Source of the DNA: Acidobacteriaceae bacterium
GTDB taxonomy: Bacteria > Acidobacteriota > Terriglobia > Terriglobales > Acidobacteriaceae
Direction: 5' to 3'
Assembly (NCBI GenBank): GCA_035545435.1
Contig: DASZYN010000728.1
Coordinates: 1-50,865 of the forward strand
Length of the DNA stretch: 50,865 nt
Positions 18,973 to 28,216 of this stretch are shown here, piece by piece. The notes beneath the pieces are model-generated. The model did no database searches and was not told where the DNA came from. It was given only the letters and a program-made list of their open reading frames with translations. A program made the position numbers and the translations under genes. The number at the start of each line of letters is the position of its first letter. The first letter of the stretch is position 1.

Positions 18973-19536
18973 TGGTCCACCTCCGCGTATCATCACATCA
19001 AGATATCGAGAGATCGTTCAGACATCGTTGAGACTTGGTCAGATCTGATCACCGGCCGCCGTGCGGACCTTGTGACCTAAAGCCTGCCGTTTGCGCGAGA
19101 ATGGCCTGCAAGCGTGAACAAGCCGAGCGTTTCCTGGACACTAGTTCCTCGGGCGACGGCGAGGCAGCTGTCGAGCGGCACCTCTTGGGATGTGCACAGT
19201 TGGTCACGGACCCAAAATGCGCGCTGATGTATGTACTGACCGCCTCAGCGTCGGCGGTGCCCAAGGTCCGCCTAGTTGCTTGAATCAGATCGCGAACCGT
19301 ATGAGACGTCCCGTCACGGTCAGGGGACTGCCACGAACCACGGCCCTCGAGGATTGCGCCGCGGCCCCCAGCCAAAGGGGAAAGCAAAGTCCAGAACTTT
19401 CTGGGCAAGAAGCCCAGCTGGACGTGAGAGAGGCGGACTTGTGTCAACGATTCGAAAAGCTCCTCGGCGACGTCAACCAATCCTCGATGTGCCGGGACAT
19501 GGACAGACAACGGAAGTCGGAGCCGAGCGCACCGGA

Positions 19537-19869
19537 TCAAAGGTCTGTTCCAGCAGACGGCAGGTCACAGACCGTTTGCGTCATAGCATTCCGGTCCGCG
19601 GGCACTCTTGCGTGAAGTAAACGGTAGACGGTACGGCGCAGCCCGAAGCTGACGATACCGTCGACGAATGAAGCAGAAGCCACTCTGCCCGACAAGGAAG
19701 CCAGTGCAGACGGGGTGCGAGCTACCGGGTGGCTCCCAACGACAGCCGCTTTACCGCCAAAGATCGCTAGACGCCCGTCTGCGTGAGCGTCGAAGTCTCG
19801 CGCGATTACTTCTTGAGCGGCAGCTAGGTCACTGACACCGCCACCAACGACCACCACCCGTTGTCCCAT
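19537..19869 (-). pseudogene. Probable decayed paralogue of the FAD oxidoreductase (N-terminal fragment)
   Basis: MGQRVVVVGGGVSDLAAAQEVIARDFDAHADGRLAIFGGKA mirrors the dinucleotide-binding N terminus of 16730..18442. A shifted frame gives GFCFIRRRYRQLRAAPYRLPF, compared with GFRLFPAFYRHIPDTLRRIPF in the intact gene. No long ORF continues. Confidence 0.4.
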
Positions 19870-20419
19870 CAGGCTCCCTCGTACGATCTGTCTCCTGCAC
19901 CTGTCAACAACAAAACCGAACAGGGAGCGTGTTGCGACGCCGGATCCGTAACGGATCGACAACTCCCGAGCGGTCATTGTGTCGATCGCCGCTCACCACA
20001 GAGCTGACAATGATGTGAAGCAGAAGGCACCGGCAATTACACAAAATGGAGACCTAGTGGCCTGCGGCGTCGCAACAGCGAACGGTGGCTACCTGCTCCC
20101 GGCTCGCGCGGCAGCCGCCGCGACCAACTAGGCCGTCCCCTGCGCGCCGGGGCTTGGGTCGCGCGAATGCTAACCGGGACTGGATGAGACGGCCGCCGGT
20201 GATCGACTCCCAGTGAGGAACGCGCGTCTACAGCGCCGCGGTGGCGGGTTTGCCCCCCCGAGACCAGATCGAAGGAATCCATCAACGCCGCCATCATTCA
20301 CGCAGAGACTCGAGCTACGTAGTGTATGGAGGACGTCACCGGGAAGACACATTCCCCCTGATTGCGGCCCGAGGCACCCTGAATGAGGAAACCCTGCCGT
20401 CGTGAAGGTACGGGTATCG

Positions 20420-21241
20420 TCAGAATGAGATGGTCAGGTCCGCTTGCATAACGTGCTCGATGTGGCGAGAGAGCGGAAGCATGAAGGTGTCGAGCTCGCG
20501 GGGGTCGATTGGTAGCTGGTCGCAGACGAGGTCTTGTACTCCGATGAGGATCTTCCTTGCGGAGCGGCGCATCGACTGCAAAACGGTAGGCGGGCTAACT
20601 CTATAGAGGTCCGCGATTCGGGCGGTGCTGATTCGCTCAAGTAAGTTGAGGCGCAGGATGAGACGCTCGCGAGGCGTTAAGCTCCGCAGTGCAATTGATA
20701 GCGCGCGGTTGAGGGTTGTGCGATCGCAGACCGTCCAAAATCTCGTCCCTTGATCGTCGACCTGCGACAAGTAAGCGACGAGAGCAGCCTCGCCGTGGAA
20801 GCGTTCGGCGTCAGTCCCGGTGCGTAGCGCGATCTGACGGGCGGCTGCCAACACGAAGCGAGCGAGCGAGTTCTGACCGTCGTACCGATCGACGACGAAC
20901 AACGACTCGGAGAGCCGCTGCTAGACTTCAGCAGCGAAGCCATTGGATTCGTCGAAAGGCCGGAACGCCCGCAGGACCGTGGGGAACGTTCGCTCCCGCA
21001 TTAGTTCCATAGCTCCGCTGACCTTGTTGAGGCAGGCGCACGCCAGAAAGAGGTCAGCCAGTCTTTCCGGTGGGATATCTCCGATACTGTTAAACCGCTC
21101 TCGCAGAAATCCAGAAAAGTTGTCCGGCGAGACGTCCAGTGTCGGCCAGTAGGAATTTGCTTTCGAAAAGATGGCCCACACCTCAGCATCACTCCACGGC
21201 TCTGGCACTTCACGCCCCTCCCGGACCTCATGAGACCCCAA
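20420..21241 (-). pseudogene. Sigma-70-family factor interrupted by an in-frame amber codon (paralogue of 45449..46285)
   Basis: The ORFs 20921..21241 and 20420..20902 are in the same frame, separated only by TAG (20921-20923): ...GFAAEV*QRLSESLFVVDRY.... The region-4 HTH is in the downstream part (LTPRERLILRLNLLERISTARIADLYRVSPPTVLQSMRRSARKI). The N-terminal part resembles the N terminus of the sigma factor at 45.4 kb. Confidence 0.65.
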
Positions 21242-22054
21242 TAGAAGAGACTATTCACCCGAAAAGTGCGCCAAAGGCCGCGGTTTGGAGACACGGGGGG
21301 GTGAAGACCTCATAAATGTAAGGCAGCGAACGGTTCGTCACGCGAGACTCTCCTCTTAGGGCGGGATTCGGTGATGGTCGAGCCAAAGGCTGGACAGGTT
21401 GCCGCCTCCGATCCGCAGGTCCATCTGTACGTTGCGGCGATGCACGGGCGGGCAGCGCAGGTGACGACGTCTTGTTCATCTTCAGGATCAAACACAGCTC
21501 TCAGGGATCGGCCGCGAGTTTTCCCGGAACACTGGGGGACGTTCGCGATTCGGTGGAGTTTTCTCCGGTCGAACCGAACCAGGCGTTCGTTGTCGCCAAC
21601 GGCTCGGGGGCCCCGTTCGACACAGCGAACTCCAGGCATCGATCAGGATCGCCTCCGCCGAGTTTCCTTGCCCGAGGCACGCACCTACTTCTGGCGATTA
21701 CCGGCCCATACGCCTACTGAAGCAATCGCTTTGGCGGCGCACCGGCGAGGACCAGCCTATTTTCGAGCGGTCCGTTTTTCACGAAACCGCATAAAATTGC
21801 TGACGTTCTCGGAGTCGAAAAAACGCTTACGCTGGTAACTGACTGGGTTTACTTTGATTTTGCGTGAATGTCGCGTCTGCCGCCGAGGCTACTGACTGGT
21901 TCGGCCGGCACAATGCAACCTGCGATAGCAACGCCGTAAAGGCGGGCCGGAGAAGACACTATGACAGCGAGACAATCTTCTCCGGGCGAACGCAGATGTG
22001 CAATCGGGAGCAACTACGATCGGCTCGCCCGCAATCGGAGACTCAGGGAAGCCA

Positions 22055-22831
22055 TCACTTCGACGGCTGGGCGTTGGCATGCTCTCCACAAAATGACTTC
22101 TTCAACTGCCAATTGACGCCTTCTAGTAGGCGAGACCTTTCGCTGCTGCGCGGCAGCAGGGAGTACAACCCTGAAAGGTGCTCATGCAGAGCCAGCGTAT
22201 AGACACACATGAGAGTCGACGTCTGGTCCCGGAATGGCTGGATAAGACGATTGAGTGTGCCCCCACACTCACTACTCCCAAAGTCCACTGCTTGACATTT
22301 CAGGAGACGACCATCATAGGCCATCGTAACGAGATTCGTCCGCACCTTGTTTGCGACCTGTCCCCACCAGATCTCCTGCCACTTCCGCTGCACGTCGTCG
22401 ATTTCTTCGGCAACCGGTAGCAGCCCCGTTTTCCAACTGATTTGGGCGACGAGTTCATTTATATGATTGACTCGATTGATGTACTCAGACAAACAGAGAT
22501 TCGCGGCTTTCTCAGCCGTGCCGCTGCAATTGGTGGAGAGCGAGTCCGAGGAAGCCTGGAGGTCTTTGGCCATCCCGACGAGAGCCGCGATCTGGTCGGT
22601 CACGTGCGTGACGTGCGCCTCGACGGTAGAGCGGATGTTCTCTTGACTCTGATAGATTTCAGCGATCATCCACGCCATCAGTGGCGCAAAGACAACCAAG
22701 ACAACTTTTAGAGCCAGAGCCAGCCGGCGCCGCTTGAACAGCTGCCACGATTCGCATTCCGTGCAGATGTATGCGTCTGTCGGAATTGTGTTGTAGCAGA
22801 GAAGGCATTGGGAACGCGAGTTTTCGGGCAT
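22055..22831 (-). CDS. Zinc-ribbon / single-TM protein with Cys-containing extracytoplasmic domain, unknown function
   Basis: From ATG 22831: MPENSRSQCLLCYNTIPTDAYICTECESWQ (CxxC...CxxC), then TM LALALKVVLVVFAPLMAWMIAEIY, then ~190 aa with no motif I recognise. The frame stays open upstream to 23353, so ATG 23203 or 23017 are alternative starts. Locally A/T-richer DNA. Confidence 0.5.
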   Translation of the reverse strand: MPENSRSQCLLCYNTIPTDAYICTECESWQLFKRRRLALALKVVLVVFAPLMAWMIAEIYQSQENIRSTVEAHVTHVTDQIAALVGMAKDLQASSDSLSTNCSGTAEKAANLCLSEYINRVNHINELVAQISWKTGLLPVAEEIDDVQRKWQEIWWGQVANKVRTNLVTMAYDGRLLKCQAVDFGSSECGGTLNRLIQPFRDQTSTLMCVYTLALHEHLSGLYSLLPRSSERSRLLEGVNWQLKKSFCGEHANAQPSK

Positions 22832-23603
22832 TCGGTTCGACTTCCCCCCGGAGTTAACGCGCGGGGTCCGAAACCTTTCACCGGGAATCAGCGAGATTCG
22901 ATTTTGCGATGGGCAGGTCGACGTCGACGTGACAGGGGCACCGGACTTTAAAGGGCGTCCTGGCTCCAGCCGGTCACCGCGATAGGTCCTTTTGTTCTGT
23001 GTTTCGAGTCTCTGCATCCGCGCGTCAAACTGACCTGGTGAGCGGTTTGATTCCGGCAGAAGCGTCGGACTTGCGGGACGTCGCTCTGGTTTCGCGCACC
23101 AGCTGTGCGTCCTCGCTGCGACTGGGACGGGCTCCAAGAGCTTGACCGCCGCGACGTAGCGCTCGACATGGCTGCTTGGCTCCTCGAACAACCCGTGGAT
23201 CATTCCTTGGCTCACCCCTGATCGACCTCCACTTGCAATCCCGGTGATGACTAAGCCCGAGCTTCCGGCCTGTATGATCGGGGCAGCCGTGTGCCGACCT
23301 TGATGCGCTACGATTTCCCAAAAATGGGCGCATATTGGTCGTTCACGCCACACGTTTCTCCACCCGAGTCGTAACCATGAGGCGTGTCGGTGAGCTCGTC
23401 TACCTGTGGGTCTTAGGGGCGTAGGACGTTGTGATGATGACAGGGCGACGTGAAGGTCAGGCGCCGATCTCTTTCACAAGGCGCTTGGGGAAGATCGTCG
23501 TCTCCAGACGTTTTTAGCCGGCGGCCGCTGTCCGCGCTCCATTGTCGTCGGCGACTTCAGACACGGTCGCGACGTGTGACAAACGCTCAGTGAAGGAGGT
23601 GCG

Positions 23604-24758
23604 ATGGCAGTAGATCGACGGTGGGTCGAGCGAAACCTGGGCTTCGACCCCATAGCGCGACCGGCGCCCACCGAGACGTTTGCCGTGGCGCGAGCCGCAA
23701 GCGGCGATGCCCAGCTGGACGACCTGCAGCGGGAGATCATCGACTTCGATTCCGAAGGCGCCGAGGGCCTTCAGTTTCTGGCCTTCACGACCGCGACCGG
23801 TCTCTCCCGTTTCACGGAGATCCCCTGGCCCAGCGGGCTCGCGCCACGGACGGGGACAGCCCCGAAAGGCCGGGCCGGAAGCGCCCTGCCCCGCGCAGAC
23901 GTTCTCGTCGTGACCTGGACAGTCGACGAGGGCCACGCCCTCAGTCGAGTGCTTACCCCGGGGAAGGATTCGCGGAACGACTACCGACCCTACACCCACA
24001 ACTACGCCTCGATCTCGAAGAAGATGCGGGCGGGCTGTCCAGCGCTCGAGGCCAAGCGCTTGGGGGCGTTCTGGACGACGAACATCGGAAACAAGTCCGT
24101 GGTGGTCTTCAAGTCGGACTCGCACATGTCGCAGGACGGTCCCCAGCTCCCCAACGAAGATGTCTGGCGTCAGATCATCGTTGAAGTCCAGCCAAGGCTG
24201 GTCCTCACGACCGGGACCGCGGGGGGGATCGGCAAGGAAGTCGAGGTTGGAGACGTGATCGTGAGTCCGCTTGTGCGGTTCGACTGCACGTCCAAGTTCA
24301 AGGCCAGCCCGTTCGCGAAAGCGCACTACGCGAGCGTGGCCCCGAAAACGAAGTACTTGGCCGAAGCGAGGAAGCTTTTCGCAGCGAACGCCGGCCAACT
24401 TCCCAAGGAGAACGCGCGGGCGCCGAAGATCGTCAAAACGCCGACGACCGCCCTTCCGTCATCGGTCGTCACGACCGACTTCTTCGGCTTCGACACCTCC
24501 GACGACCACTACCACCTCAAAGGGCTGGGGTCCGTCTCCGAGATGGGGGACGCCGTGCTCGGCATGGTGGCCAGCAAGATGGGGTCGAATGCCCCGAGAT
24601 GGCTAGCGGTCAGAAACGTTTCCGATCCCCAGATCAAGGCTGACGGACTGACCTTGAGGCAGCAGGCCGCGCTCGCTGCCCAGATCTACAAGGGATTCGG
24701 ACGGTGGAGCTCAGTCTGCAGCGCCATCACATGCTGGGCGCTGATCGCGGCGGACTGA
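23604..24758 (+). CDS. Nucleoside phosphorylase / MTA-nucleosidase-fold (PNP_UDP_1-like) protein with ~100-aa N-terminal extension
   Basis: Strong RBS GAAGGAGGTGCG before the ATG. ADVLVVTWTVDEGHAL, LVLTTGTAGGIG and LGSVSEMGDAVLGMVA resemble the beta-strand / 'G-x-A-G-G' / 'E-M-E/G-x-A' motifs of the phosphorylase superfamily. The N-terminal 100 aa are unassigned. Confidence 0.7.
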   Translation: MAVDRRWVERNLGFDPIARPAPTETFAVARAASGDAQLDDLQREIIDFDSEGAEGLQFLAFTTATGLSRFTEIPWPSGLAPRTGTAPKGRAGSALPRADVLVVTWTVDEGHALSRVLTPGKDSRNDYRPYTHNYASISKKMRAGCPALEAKRLGAFWTTNIGNKSVVVFKSDSHMSQDGPQLPNEDVWRQIIVEVQPRLVLTTGTAGGIGKEVEVGDVIVSPLVRFDCTSKFKASPFAKAHYASVAPKTKYLAEARKLFAANAGQLPKENARAPKIVKTPTTALPSSVVTTDFFGFDTSDDHYHLKGLGSVSEMGDAVLGMVASKMGSNAPRWLAVRNVSDPQIKADGLTLRQQAALAAQIYKGFGRWSSVCSAITCWALIAAD

Positions 24759-25108
24759 GCGATGGGTGTCCGCGGAAGCCGCGTGGCAATCCTCGACCTA
24801 GTCCCGCGCGTCGCGGACCTAGTTCCATCGCGGCCGCTCCCGATGTGCCCCTCCGAGAGGACCTCCACGGCAGTCTAGGCGTTGTTCCGAAAATCCTTGG
24901 ACGCCGATGTGACCCTTCTTAGTCGAATCGAACGAAAGAAGTCGGGCGCCTGACGTTAGGTAGCTGTTGATACTGCGGGTGCGCCGTCTTCCTCCCGCCA
25001 CATGTTGAGCAGTGACCGTGAGCCTGCTTGCTGCCCCGAGCGGGCGAACACGAAAGGCGCACAGCTGCTCCCCAGACTATCGCCGACGATCGATCGACGG
25101 AGGATCGC

Positions 25109-26635
25109 ATGCTGACCCGACGAAATGTCTACGGCCTAGGCGGTGACTGGCCGGCCCCGCTCCTCTGGTACGCACGCGGCGTCGCCGCCATGAAGGCACG
25201 GGCTTTGGCCGAGCCCACGAGCTGGCGCTTTTACGCCGCGATCCACGGGTTCAACAAGGGTCTCTGGACCGGCGCAGGCTATCTCAAGGCGGGCGAGGCC
25301 ATGCCGACCTCCGCGAACCAGAAGCGCTACTGGAATCAGTGCCAGCACGGAAGTTGGTACTTCCTCCCTTGGCACCGCGGGTACCTCCTCGCGTTCGAAC
25401 AGAACGTCCGGGCGGCTATCGTCGCGCTCAAGGGCCCGGCCGACTGGACGCTGCCCTACTGGAACTACTTCAAGCCTGACCAGAACAAGCTGCCGCCTGC
25501 CTTCGCTACGCCTGACTGGCCGGATGGCAAGGGCAACAACCCCCTCTACGTGCCGCAACGGTACGGGCCGCAGGACGACGGGAACGTCTACGTCGATCTC
25601 GCCGACGTGAATCTCAAGGCCATGGCTGATCCCGACTTCACCGGGGTCGCGAGCGGCGGGGCTCCGGGCTTTGGTGGTGTCGATACCGGTTTCGAGCACG
25701 GTGGTAGGACCCACGGCGGCATCGAGACGCAGCCGCACGATTGGGTGCACGGGCTCGTCGGCGGTGGAGATGAAACCCGCTCTGGCCTGATGTCAGATCC
25801 TCGGACGGCCGCGCTCGATCCGATATTCTGGCTCCATCACGCAAACATCGATCGTCTCTGGGATGTGTGGAGGAAGAACCCTCCAACAGATCAGGATCCG
25901 AAAGCGCCGGCTTGGCTCAAAGGGCCGGCGAGCGTCGGCGAGCGCGCCTTCTCGCTGCCCAAGCCTGACGGGGAGCCATGGGACTACACGCCGGCGGACA
26001 TGGTCGATGATCACAAGCTCGGGTACAGTTACGATGATATCGCTCCTGCAGCCCCCCCAGACACGCACAGGCGGCGATTGCAGCGCCTGGGGGCGCCGCA
26101 GGCGGCAACAGCGATGAAACCAGGGGCCTCCGTGGTCACGGGAAAGAGTGTCGAGCTGGTCGGGGCGAGCCCCAAGGGCGTCGAGCTCAAGGGCAGCGAG
26201 GCGAGCACCGCGATCACCCTTGATGTGCCCGCTCGCAAGAAGGTAACTGCGAGCCTGAGTGCCGTGGCCAGGGGCGCGGCAGCCACTCCTGACCGGGTGT
26301 TCCTCAACCTCGAGAACGTCACGGGGCTCGCGGACTCAACCGCGTTCAAGGTCTACGTGGGCGTCCCTCCGGCAGCCGACGCTGCCCAGCACGCCGACAA
26401 GCTGGCGGGGAGCATCTCGCTCTTCGGCGTGACCAGCGCGAGCGAGCCGGACGGCGCTCATGGCGGCCAGGGACTGACCTTCGTGCTGGACATCACCGAC
26501 ATCGTGGACGCTCTGCATCTCCAAAACGCCCTCGACGTAGACAAGCTGGACGTGCGGCTCGTGCCGCTGCGGCCGGTCCATGAGAAGGCGCAAATCAGGA
26601 TCGGGCGAATCAGCATGTTCCGCCAGGGCCACTGA
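25109..26635 (+). CDS. Type-3 copper tyrosinase / polyphenol oxidase with C-terminal (lid-like) domain
   Basis: ATG after GGAGGA. CuA: AIHGF, QCQHGSWYFLPWHRGYL. CuB: QPHDWVHGLVGG, DPIFWLHHANIDRLWDVW. LPYWNY motif. About 200 extra C-terminal residues, as in lidded pro-tyrosinases and plant PPOs. No signal peptide seen. Confidence 0.9.
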   Translation: MLTRRNVYGLGGDWPAPLLWYARGVAAMKARALAEPTSWRFYAAIHGFNKGLWTGAGYLKAGEAMPTSANQKRYWNQCQHGSWYFLPWHRGYLLAFEQNVRAAIVALKGPADWTLPYWNYFKPDQNKLPPAFATPDWPDGKGNNPLYVPQRYGPQDDGNVYVDLADVNLKAMADPDFTGVASGGAPGFGGVDTGFEHGGRTHGGIETQPHDWVHGLVGGGDETRSGLMSDPRTAALDPIFWLHHANIDRLWDVWRKNPPTDQDPKAPAWLKGPASVGERAFSLPKPDGEPWDYTPADMVDDHKLGYSYDDIAPAAPPDTHRRRLQRLGAPQAATAMKPGASVVTGKSVELVGASPKGVELKGSEASTAITLDVPARKKVTASLSAVARGAAATPDRVFLNLENVTGLADSTAFKVYVGVPPAADAAQHADKLAGSISLFGVTSASEPDGAHGGQGLTFVLDITDIVDALHLQNALDVDKLDVRLVPLRPVHEKAQIRIGRISMFRQGH

Positions 26636-26641
26636 CCGACG

Positions 26642-27418
26642 ATGACCCAGGCCGCGCGCGAGCGACGTCAGGTCCGAGTTCCGATCCTGGTCGCGAGCGC
26701 CCTCGCCTGGGGGCTGCTCGTCCTGGGGCCCGCGAGCAGCGTGGTCAGAGCGCACTGCTCAGGCGCGGTGCACCGGCTGTCCCCGACGATATCTTTCAGG
26801 ATGGCCCTCGCCCACAACCCGCCGGGCCCACTCGCGCTCCACTGGCTCGTGATGACCGTCGCGATGATGTTGCCGTTGATGACCACGCCGATCAGGCACC
26901 TTCGAGATCGCAGCCTCCGCAACCGGCGCGCACGCGGCATCGCGCTCTTCTTGGCCGGCTACTTCACGATCTGGCTAACCGCGGGATTCGCCCTCTCGGC
27001 ACTCGAGTGGGGGATCAACATCCTGTGGGTGGGGTCGTCGACGTCTTTCGTGCTTGTCGGCCTGTGCCTGGCTCTTTATGAGGTCAGCCCCCTCAAGCAG
27101 GCCTGCCTCAATCGCGGACATTCTCACCCCGCAGTGGAGGCATTCGGCCGGGCCGCCGATCTCGACGCGCTTCGCTTTGGATGGACACACGGAGCTTGGT
27201 GTGTGGGCTCCTGTTGGGCGCTCATGCTGCTGCCGCTGCTCTTCAACCGTGGTCATCTCGCGGCGATGGCGCTGGTGACGCTCTGGCTGGTCGCCGAGCA
27301 CCTTGAAGGACTGGTAGCGCCTGGTTGGCGACTGCGTCGACCACGGAAAGCGATCCAGATTTTGGTCGCCGAATCGAAGCGCCTTGTCTCCTCACTAGCC
27401 TCGCGGTCGCTCTCCTGA
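26642..27418 (+). CDS. DUF2182-like predicted metal-binding integral membrane protein
   Basis: Starts 6 nt after the tyrosinase stop. Multi-TM, with conserved Cys/His (HCSGAVH, LKQACLNRGHSHP, GAWCVGSCWALM), typical of the DUF2182 family. Confidence 0.7.
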   Translation: MTQAARERRQVRVPILVASALAWGLLVLGPASSVVRAHCSGAVHRLSPTISFRMALAHNPPGPLALHWLVMTVAMMLPLMTTPIRHLRDRSLRNRRARGIALFLAGYFTIWLTAGFALSALEWGINILWVGSSTSFVLVGLCLALYEVSPLKQACLNRGHSHPAVEAFGRAADLDALRFGWTHGAWCVGSCWALMLLPLLFNRGHLAAMALVTLWLVAEHLEGLVAPGWRLRRPRKAIQILVAESKRLVSSLASRSLS

Positions 27419-27970
27419 AGACGAACGAGTGGGCCCCCTCTTCCGAGGGCGCCTCGGCGTTGGCTTCGGCCCATCCCCTACCCGGGCGCCGGCGACTAGA
27501 GGCGAAAGGATCTTGAGTACAGCCCTTCGTCGAACTCCACTTCCGTGCCGATGTGCGACATCCCTGCCGCATCCGCCCCAGGTGGGCGTTGGAGCTCAGA
27601 GTGGAACGCAAGCGCCGGGGAGATTGGCCGATCCAGCAGGGCTACAGCCCAGCGGCTGACAGCACGCAGGCCACGGCCCGCCACCTGTTTCGCATGAAGC
27701 CCCGATCTGCCCGCATGAGGCATCTTCTCCGCCAGCGTCGCTAGAGCAGCGCCCCGTTGATGAGCGGACGGGCGCTGGAGCATAACCGGGATAGTAGTTG
27801 CAGCCGATGGTCTCGGTGACGCCGTTGCAGCCACAGACATACTGGATTGCATTGCACGACAGCTGGCCGGGCCCCGGAGTCCGGGGAATGCACTGCCCTG
27901 TCGCCGTGCACCCGTCGGCAAGCTTGAACCCACAGACCATCCCGACAGGGCAGTCGGATTCACGCTGACA
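26904..27970. repeat. Dispersed duplication, copy A (3' part of DUF2182 gene + 160-bp spacer + 3' part of Cys-rich lipoprotein gene)
   Basis: 26904-27432 aligns with 31666-32191, and 27593-27970 aligns with 33959-34338. By eye most positions are identical, with scattered substitutions and small indels. Not computed. Confidence 0.8.
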
Positions 27971-28198
27971 GGCGATAGCCCGCGAACCGTCGACCTGAGC
28001 GCTCCCTCCATCGGTTCCGCTTTCGCCGCCCGTCGCCTGATGGCCACCGACATTGGTCACCGCCCCGGCTTGCCCGTCCGGTGAGCTTCCACCGTTGCCC
28101 GTGCGGGCCGCGCCAGCATCTCTCGTTCGCAGCCCGTCACCCTTGCACGCTACAAAAGCAAGGCACACCCCGGCGATCGTGCAGATCAAAGGGCGCAA
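27596..28198 (-). CDS. Cys-rich lipoprotein with Kazal-like motif and C-terminal knottin-like module
   Basis: TTG start gives (M)RPLICTIAGVCLAFVAC (lipobox), then a Gly-rich linker. VCGCNGVTETIGC resembles the Kazal core 'VCGxDGxTYxNxC'. The tail CGQIGASCETGGGPWPACCQPLGCSPAGSANLPGAC has the same C-x6-C-xn-CC-x4-C-xn-C spacing as 323..1225. Lies 18 nt downstream of the S53 gene on the same strand. Confidence 0.65.
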   Translation of the reverse strand: MRPLICTIAGVCLAFVACKGDGLRTRDAGAARTGNGGSSPDGQAGAVTNVGGHQATGGESGTDGGSAQVDGSRAIACQRESDCPVGMVCGFKLADGCTATGQCIPRTPGPGQLSCNAIQYVCGCNGVTETIGCNYYPGYAPAPVRSSTGRCSSDAGGEDASCGQIGASCETGGGPWPACCQPLGCSPAGSANLPGACVPL

Positions 28199-28216
28199 GA
28201 GTGAAGGTCTCCGCCA

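Noticed and set aside
21310-21838. ORFs 21310..21639(-) and 21371..21838(+) in the gene-poor stretch
   Set aside because: They are mutually overlapping on opposite strands, with no motifs, no RBS and composition unlike the neighbouring genes. The region is left unannotated rather than called coding.
23514-24398. 294-aa minus-strand ORF
   Set aside because: Antisense to the phosphorylase-fold gene, which has a strong RBS and clear motifs. The translation is Arg/Gly-rich.
24788-24822. Short direct repeat GACCTAGT...GACCTAGT flanking a GC hairpin downstream of the phosphorylase-fold gene
   Set aside because: Only an 8-bp repeat seen once. It could be chance, and no associated feature was found.
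25028-25108. Upstream extension of the tyrosinase ORF, and a possible Tat signal (LTRRNVYGLGG)
   Set aside because: GGAGGA sits directly before the ATG at 25109. The RRNV segment is the conserved start of the tyrosinase domain, and no hydrophobic h-region follows, so it is not a Tat signal.
27443-27457. Small hairpin CCGAGG-GCG-CCTCGG between the convergent DUF2182 and lipoprotein genes
   Set aside because: Only a 6-bp stem, 3-nt loop and no U-tract. Too weak to call a terminator.
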